Positions 58,431 to 64,000 of a DNA stretch of 64,000 bases are shown in pieces; position 1 is the first letter of the stretch, and each line of letters starts with the position of its first letter. A program made the position numbers and the translations under genes. The notes under the pieces are model-generated. The model worked only from the letters and a program-made list of their open reading frames with translations. It was not told the origin of the DNA and searched no databases. The DNA is from Parvularculaceae bacterium. Lineage in GTDB: Bacteria; Pseudomonadota; Alphaproteobacteria; Caulobacterales; Parvularculaceae. The stretch is taken from the NCBI GenBank assembly GCA_046756245.1, contig JBHHVZ010000002.1:8256-72255 (forward strand), written 5' to 3'.

Positions 58431-60380
58431 ATGGGACCGTCAATAATGCTTAATCGAAAACCGGGCGAAGAAGCCGAGCAACGGGAATTGATCGTGCTTT
58501 GCGACGCGGACGACAAAATCCGCTTCGTCAATCGGGCTTTTTCGAAGCATTTCGGCGCGGCGCCGGAAAAATGGGCCGGGCGCGCATTCGCGCCGGGAAA
58601 CCGCGCCGCCGCGCCCGGCGCGCCGGCGCGCTACCGTACGCAGGCCACGGCGCGCAAAGAAGTCTGCTTCATCGGCTGGGAGGAAATCCTGCTCGAGGCG
58701 GGCGAGCGGCTTTACGCCGGCCGCATCGTCCATCCGGAAGACACAGCCCGAAAAGAACCGCCTGCGCCGGACAGTGTTGATACGGACGATATAGAAGGCA
58801 TTGAACAGGGCGTTGAACGCCGCGCCGACTCCGACCCTGATGAGAACGAAAGTCCCAGTGTCGCCGAAGACGCCAAGATGCGCTTTCTTGCGACCATGAG
58901 TCATGAGATGCGCACGCCGCTTAACGGCATTCTGGGCATGACGGGGCTTCTTCTCGATACGGAATTATCGCCCAATCAGCGCGCTTACGCCGAAGCCGTG
59001 CGTGAGTCCGGCGCCGCACTTCTGGCGTTGATCAATGACATTCTGGACTATTCGAAGATCGAAGCCGGCCGGCTGGTGCTCGAACAGGCGCCGCTCGACC
59101 CGTACGCGCTGGTGCAAAGCGTCGCCGAGTTGCTGTCGCCGAAAGCCGCCGAAAAAGGCATAGAGATCGCTTCCGTGATCGACGCGGACGTGCCGCGCCG
59201 CCTGTTCGGCGACGAAGCGCGGCTGAGGCAGATTCTGATTAATCTCGCCGGCAACGGCGTCAAATTCACCGACCGCGGCGGCGTCTCTATAGAAGCGCGC
59301 GTAGCCGCAACAGCCGGCGATCTCGTCACGCTCGAAATCGCCGTGCGCGACACCGGAGTCGGCATTCCTCCCGCTGCGCAAAAGGCGATCTTCGAGGAAT
59401 TCGCCCAGGCCAATGACGGCCGTCCGCGCCGCGCCGAAGGCACCGGCCTCGGCCTCACCATTGCGCAAAAGCTGGTCCGCGCCATGGGCGGCGACATCCG
59501 GCTCGAAAGCGTCAAAGGCGAAGGCAGCGTATTTACGTTTTCCTGCGCGCTGGAATGGGACGGCGCGCCGCCCAAGCGCCTCAAAGGCGATCCCGGGCCG
59601 GTCGTTATCCTGACTCGCTCGGCGCTTCTGGGCCGAGTCACCACATTGCAGCTCGAAGCCGTCGGCGCCGCCGATGTCCGTGTGGTCGCCTCCCTGTCCG
59701 ACGCGCTCGAAGCGGTTTCGGATGCGCCCGACGCGGTCGTGCTTTGCGATTTTTATTTCGCCGCCAATGGCGGGGAAAAGCTGGCCGAAAAGGCGCGCCG
59801 CGCGCTGGTCATGTTGTCGCCGCTGTCGCGCGGCCGGCTGGAAAGCCTGCGCGAGGCCGGGTTTGACGGCTATCTGATCAAGCCCGTCCGTCAGTCCTCG
59901 CTGCACGCCCAGATCACCGGCGCAAAGTCCGAATCGGCGCCTTCAACCGCGGGCGCCGCGCCGGACAAAAAATCCGGCCCGGCCAAAAAACTCCGCATCC
60001 TTCTGGCGGAGGACAACCAGATCAACGCCGTGCTCGCCGTCGCGCTCATCAAGCGCGCCGGTCACTCCGTCGACGTCGCCGCAAACGGCGCCGAAGCCGT
60101 AACGGCGGTTCGGAATGCGCCCTACGACCTCGTGCTGATGGACATGCACATGCCCGAAATGGATGGACTCGAAGCGGCCCGGCGCATCCGCAAGCTTGAA
60201 GACGACGCGCGCGACACGCCGATTGTCGCGCTCACTGCAAACGCCATGGCCCACGACCGGCAGAAGTGCCTTTCGGCCGGCATGAACGATTTTCTTTCAA
60301 AGCCGTTCGACCCGGACGACCTTGAGGAGCTGCTCGACAAATGGGGCGGCGAGCGCCGGGCGCTCTACACCGCCTCATAA
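58431..60380 (+). CDS. Hybrid sensor histidine kinase / response regulator
   Basis: PAS-like N-terminus, H-box [14 protein letters not shown] boxes ([22 protein letters not shown]), a middle receiver-like domain and a C-terminal receiver with [14 protein letters not shown]. Confidence 0.9.
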   Translation: MGPSIMLNRKPGEEAEQRELIVLCDADDKIRFVNRAFSKHFGAAPEKWAGRAFAPGNRAAAPGAPARYRTQATARKEVCFIGWEEILLEAGERLYAGRIVHPEDTARKEPPAPDSVDTDDIEGIEQGVERRADSDPDENESPSVAEDAKMRFLATMSHEMRTPLNGILGMTGLLLDTELSPNQRAYAEAVRESGAALLALINDILDYSKIEAGRLVLEQAPLDPYALVQSVAELLSPKAAEKGIEIASVIDADVPRRLFGDEARLRQILINLAGNGVKFTDRGGVSIEARVAATAGDLVTLEIAVRDTGVGIPPAAQKAIFEEFAQANDGRPRRAEGTGLGLTIAQKLVRAMGGDIRLESVKGEGSVFTFSCALEWDGAPPKRLKGDPGPVVILTRSALLGRVTTLQLEAVGAADVRVVASLSDALEAVSDAPDAVVLCDFYFAANGGEKLAEKARRALVMLSPLSRGRLESLREAGFDGYLIKPVRQSSLHAQITGAKSESAPSTAGAAPDKKSGPAKKLRILLAEDNQINAVLAVALIKRAGHSVDVAANGAEAVTAVRNAPYDLVLMDMHMPEMDGLEAARRIRKLEDDARDTPIVALTANAMAHDRQKCLSAGMNDFLSKPFDPDDLEELLDKWGGERRALYTAS

Positions 60381-60432
60381 TCGCCCCGGCCAACATTACC
60401 CAGAAGGCCGAGTTCGGTGTAATCATGACATC

Positions 60433-60783
60433 ATGGCCCGCGATCAAATCGCCCGCGTTCGCAGACTCTGTCTCGCCCTGCCCGGCGTTGAAGAAGGAAC
60501 GTCATATGGAACGACCGCTTTCCGGGTCCGCAAAAAACTCCTTGTCCGCATGAAAGAGGACGGCGCCGCCCTCGTGCTCAAGACCGCAACCCTCGAAGAC
60601 AAGGAGCTGTTCCTCAAAATGCAGCCCGAGATTTATTATGAACCCGATCATTACAAGGGCTGGCCCGCCGTGCTCATTCGCCTCCCGAAGATAAGCGATG
60701 CGCAGTTGAAATCCCGGATCGAGGAAGCATGGCGGCGCGAGGCCGGCAAGAAGCTCATGATGGCGCTTGAAGGGTCGCGATAG
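60433..60783 (+). CDS. MmcQ/YjbR-family protein
   Basis: VRRLCLALPGVEEGTSYGTTAFRVRKKLL is typical of YjbR. Start trimmed to ATG 60433. Confidence 0.8.
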   Translation: MARDQIARVRRLCLALPGVEEGTSYGTTAFRVRKKLLVRMKEDGAALVLKTATLEDKELFLKMQPEIYYEPDHYKGWPAVLIRLPKISDAQLKSRIEEAWRREAGKKLMMALEGSR

Positions 60784-60878
60784 CTTCTGCGTCGACGGCG
60801 AAGCCGCGCGAAGAGAGGCCTTCTTCTTGCTGCGAAACACGGTAAGGTCGATTTTTTCCAGTCAATCGAAAGCGTTGA

Positions 60879-62210
60879 ATGACCCAGCACGTTGCGTCTT
60901 CCAGCCCGGAAAAGAAAACGCTCATTGAAGCCGTTCGCGCCTATCTGACGCCGCGCGGTCTCGTCATGCTGCTGTTCGGATTTTCGGCGGGTCTGCCGTT
61001 CTATCTGATCTTTCAGACGCTTTCGATCTGGCTGCGCGAGGAGGGCGTCAGCCGATCCGAGATCGGACTCTTCGCATGGGCCGGTTTCGCTTTCACCCTG
61101 AAATTTCTGTGGGCGCCGATCGTCGATCGGGCGCCGATCCCGATCCTCGAAAACCGCATTGGCCGCCGGCGCGCCTGGATGGCGCTGGCGCAGATCGCCG
61201 TCGCCGCGACGCTGATCGCGATGTCGCTCGCCAATCCGGGCGAGAGTATTCTTTATGTCGCCGTCGTCGCCGTACTGATCGCCTTTTCTTCAGCGACCCA
61301 GGACATCGCCATCGACGCCTGGCGCATCGAGGCCGCGCCGGTCGCCGAGCAGGGCATGATGGCGGCGATGTATCAATATGGCTATCGGGTCGGCCTCTTA
61401 ACCTCGGGCACGGCGGCGCTGATTATAGCCGACAATGTGAACTGGTCGTTCGCCTATCAATCGATGGCGGCGCTGATGATGGTTGGCTTTCTGACCGCGC
61501 TGCTCGCGCCGAAAATCGAAGCCGGCGATTATGAACCGCCGACGCGGCTGCCGCCAATACAGGCGCTTCGCGAATCCGTTATCGGTCCGTTTGCGGATTT
61601 TCTCGGGCGTTATGGCGTCGCCGCGCTGGTGATGCTGCTTTTCATCGCCGTTTACCGCATTCCCGATTTCGTCATGGGCTTTATGACGGGCCCGCTTTAT
61701 GTAGACCTTGGTTATGACAAAACCGATATCGGCGTCATCCGCGGCGGCGTCGGCATGTTCGCCACCATGTCGGGCGTGTTTCTGGGCGGCGTCATCCTGC
61801 TTCGGCTTAATTTGACGGCAGCGCTTTTTGTCGGCGTCGTTTCACAGTCCGTCACCAATCTTCTTTATTCGTGGCTCGCACTGATGCCGGCGGACAATCT
61901 CTATCTCGCCACCGCCGTTGTCGTCGACAACATCGCGTACGGTTTCGCCGGCACGGTCCTGATCGCCTATATGTCGAGCCTGACGAACACCGCGTTTACG
62001 GCGACTCAGTACGCGTTATTCAGTTCGTTTTACGCGCTGCCCGGCAAATTCGTCGGCGGGTTTTCCGGCTTTATCGTCGATGCGATCGGCTATCCCTGGT
62101 TCTTCGCCTACACCGCGATGATCGGGATCCCGGCGGCGCTGCTCATTATCGTTCTTCGGCGCTCCGAGCGGCGGCTGCGCGCCGGAACCGCCGCGGCGGA
62201 AGCTACCTGA
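60879..62210 (+). CDS. ampG: AmpG-family muropeptide MFS permease
   Basis: GFSAGLPFYLIFQTLSIWLRE, WAPIVDR, RRRAWM, 12-14 TM helices. Confidence 0.88.
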   Translation: MTQHVASSSPEKKTLIEAVRAYLTPRGLVMLLFGFSAGLPFYLIFQTLSIWLREEGVSRSEIGLFAWAGFAFTLKFLWAPIVDRAPIPILENRIGRRRAWMALAQIAVAATLIAMSLANPGESILYVAVVAVLIAFSSATQDIAIDAWRIEAAPVAEQGMMAAMYQYGYRVGLLTSGTAALIIADNVNWSFAYQSMAALMMVGFLTALLAPKIEAGDYEPPTRLPPIQALRESVIGPFADFLGRYGVAALVMLLFIAVYRIPDFVMGFMTGPLYVDLGYDKTDIGVIRGGVGMFATMSGVFLGGVILLRLNLTAALFVGVVSQSVTNLLYSWLALMPADNLYLATAVVVDNIAYGFAGTVLIAYMSSLTNTAFTATQYALFSSFYALPGKFVGGFSGFIVDAIGYPWFFAYTAMIGIPAALLIIVLRRSERRLRAGTAAAEAT

Positions 62211-62574
62211 CCGAAGCGAGACAGGTTTCGAGGTCGGGCTTTTCCTCGCCCGACTTGACTGCGGCGGCGTCAAGCAGCGACGCCGTCGTCTCGCCGCTAT
62301 CGTCCGGATAAAGAATGACGATGAGCGCGCAGCCTTCATAGGCGTAGCGACGATATTCTCCGGGGCCCTCGCGGCGCACGAGCGCCGGCGCGCCCAAAAG
62401 GTCGTCGACCGCGGTCGCCGGCTTTCCGAGAATGTCTTCGGCTTTCATCGCCGGCGTTGCAACTTCGTTTTCAGCCGGAGCTCCCGTCTCGCCTGTCCAC
62501 GGATTGACCGACGCGCATCCCGCAAGGGCGAGCAACGCGCCGATTAAACTTGACTTGCCTGCATTCAAACTCAT
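62203..62574 (-). CDS. Small lipoprotein, hypothetical
   Basis: Lipobox LLALAGC. Start trimmed to ATG 62574. The 3' end overlaps ampG convergently by 8 nt. Confidence 0.6.
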   Translation of the reverse strand: MSLNAGKSSLIGALLALAGCASVNPWTGETGAPAENEVATPAMKAEDILGKPATAVDDLLGAPALVRREGPGEYRRYAYEGCALIVILYPDDSGETTASLLDAAAVKSGEEKPDLETCLASVR

Positions 62575-62802
62575 GCCGCTCCTCAACCGTCCGTCTACGG
62601 CGCCAAACGCATTCTCGGGGCGAGGCGTCGCCGCGGCGCCGGCGCGCCGAAAATGCGGATAGCACATAGACTAAATCCCGTCGCGTGAATCAATCGTTAG
62701 AACGCAGGCGGCGGCGCTCATTCGAATTTGCAACCGTCGCTTGCGCCTTTAGGCGGCGTCCGGTAAGCCCCGCGAGGTTTGACTGCTTATCCCGGAGGCC
62801 CC

Positions 62803-63801
62803 ATGCCGGACCACGCTCTCGACGTCATCGGCGTCGGCAACGCCATTGTCGACGTACTCGCCCATGCCGACGACGCATTTCTCGCCGCCCACGCCATCGC
62901 CAAGGGCGGCATGACGCTGATTGACGAGGCGGCCGCGAAGTTGATTTACGAGGCCATGGCGCCGGCGATCGAGATCTCGGGCGGGTCGGCGGCGAACACC
63001 GTGGCCTGCGTCGCTTCGCTCGGCGGGCAGGGCGGCTTTATCGGCAAGGTCGCCGACGACACGCTGGGCGAATTTTTTCGTCACGACCTGCGCGCGACCG
63101 GCGTCGCGTTCGACACTGCGCCGCTTGAGAAAGGGTCGGCGACGGCGCGCTCGCTCATCAATGTAACGCCCGACGCGCAACGCTCAATGTCGACCTATCT
63201 CGGCGCGGCGACCCAGCTTTGCGCCGACGACGTCGACGAAGCCCAGGTCAGGCGCGCGGCGATCACTTATTTCGAAGGTTATTTATTCGAAATGCCGCGC
63301 GCGCGCGAAGCGTTCATCCGGGCCTGCCGAATCGCCCGGGCCGCCGGCAGAAAAACAGCCATCACGCTGTCGGATTCAGGCTGCGTCGACCGCCAGCACG
63401 CCGCCTTCGTCGATTTCATCGGCAACCATGTCGATATTCTCCTCGCCAACGAAGCGGAAGCCCGCACGCTGTTCGAAAGCAGCCATCTCGACGTGATCGC
63501 CGAACGGGCGCGCGCGCTCTGCCCGTTCACGGCGGTGACGCGCTCGGAGAAGGGATCGATCCTGATCCCGCGCGACGGCGAGGTCATCACAGTCGCGGCG
63601 CGTCCGCCGGAAAAGCTTGTCGACACCACCGGCGCCGGCGACGCCTATGCGGGCGGGCTCTTGTTCGGGTTGTCGCGCGATCTCGGCTTTGAGCGCGCCG
63701 GCGCGCTCGCCTCGCTGGCGGCGAGCGAAATCATCAGCCATATCGGCGCCCGTTCCGAAACGAATTTGCGCGCGCTGGCGGAAAAAACCGGTCTTCTTTA
63801 A
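62803..63801 (+). CDS. Adenosine kinase (PfkB family)
   Basis: VIGVGNAIVDVL, GGSAANT, DTTGAGDAYAGG. ATG 62803 follows GGAGG. Confidence 0.82.
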   Translation: MPDHALDVIGVGNAIVDVLAHADDAFLAAHAIAKGGMTLIDEAAAKLIYEAMAPAIEISGGSAANTVACVASLGGQGGFIGKVADDTLGEFFRHDLRATGVAFDTAPLEKGSATARSLINVTPDAQRSMSTYLGAATQLCADDVDEAQVRRAAITYFEGYLFEMPRAREAFIRACRIARAAGRKTAITLSDSGCVDRQHAAFVDFIGNHVDILLANEAEARTLFESSHLDVIAERARALCPFTAVTRSEKGSILIPRDGEVITVAARPPEKLVDTTGAGDAYAGGLLFGLSRDLGFERAGALASLAASEIISHIGARSETNLRALAEKTGLL

Positions 63802-63844
63802 GGCGTATAAAGAGTATTAGAAATCGCTGAGATTCAGCATTTCC

Positions 63845-63986
63845 TGTCATTCCGGGACGGCCTTTAGGCCGGACCCGGAATCCATTCCACCGACGCTTCC
63901 AGTGGCGCAGGGGGGCGCCGCTGATCGCAGGGATGGACTCAGGACTGAATTCCGGGTTCGCTCCTACAGAGCGCCCCGGAATGACA
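63845..63986. repeat. MITE/BIME-like ~140-bp element with terminal inverted repeats TGTCATTCCGGG / CCCGGAATGACA (REP family 2)
   Basis: Each end is itself a hairpin: ATTCCGGGAC-GGCC-TTTA-GGCC-GGACCCGGAAT and ATTCCGGGTTCGCTC...GAGCGCCCCGGAAT. Confidence 0.75.
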
Positions 63987-64000
63987 AGACCTCATTTTCT

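Overview
High-GC (roughly 62-65% by eye) alphaproteobacterial-type chromosomal segment; I cannot name the species. It is densely packed with about 60 protein genes and one tRNA. Most of it is housekeeping: pckA, hrcA-grpE, rph, nth, pyrF, hemH, the H+-pyrophosphatase hppA, amn, dapB, glnK-amtB, ftsK, dnaK-dnaJ, comM, ampG and two NatAB-like ABC modules. Six things stand out. (1) At 53.0-56.6 kb, between the dnaK upstream region and comM, sits a two-gene minus-strand module. It encodes a TIR-like / single-TM / periplasmic FGE-sulfatase protein, followed 26 nt later by a SLOG-like Rossmannoid domain fused to four SLATT-like TM helices. This is my best candidate for an uncharacterised signalling or defence system. 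(2) A 1.3 kb insertion at the 5' end of dapB is flanked by about 139-bp direct repeats of the dapB start. It carries an AT-rich leader and a single Pol-beta-type nucleotidyltransferase-fold ORF. (3) Two inverted, mosaic copies of a ~300-bp element bracket the 10 kb between tRNA-Gly and ftsK. (4) A ~105-nt element occurs twice, and its closing stem differs between the copies by compensatory changes. (5) A complete bacterial sphingolipid/ceramide-type cluster (acyl-AMP ligase, SDR reductase, ACP, serine palmitoyltransferase) has extra neighbours: a fatty-acid hydroxylase, a DUF2141 protein and a GNAT-like protein. (6) Several families of intergenic palindromic repeats are present. No CRISPR array, rRNA, transposase or integrase was seen. 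Many long ORFs in the supplied track are antisense artefacts of the high GC content and are rejected. All domain calls come from reading motifs by eye, not from database searches.
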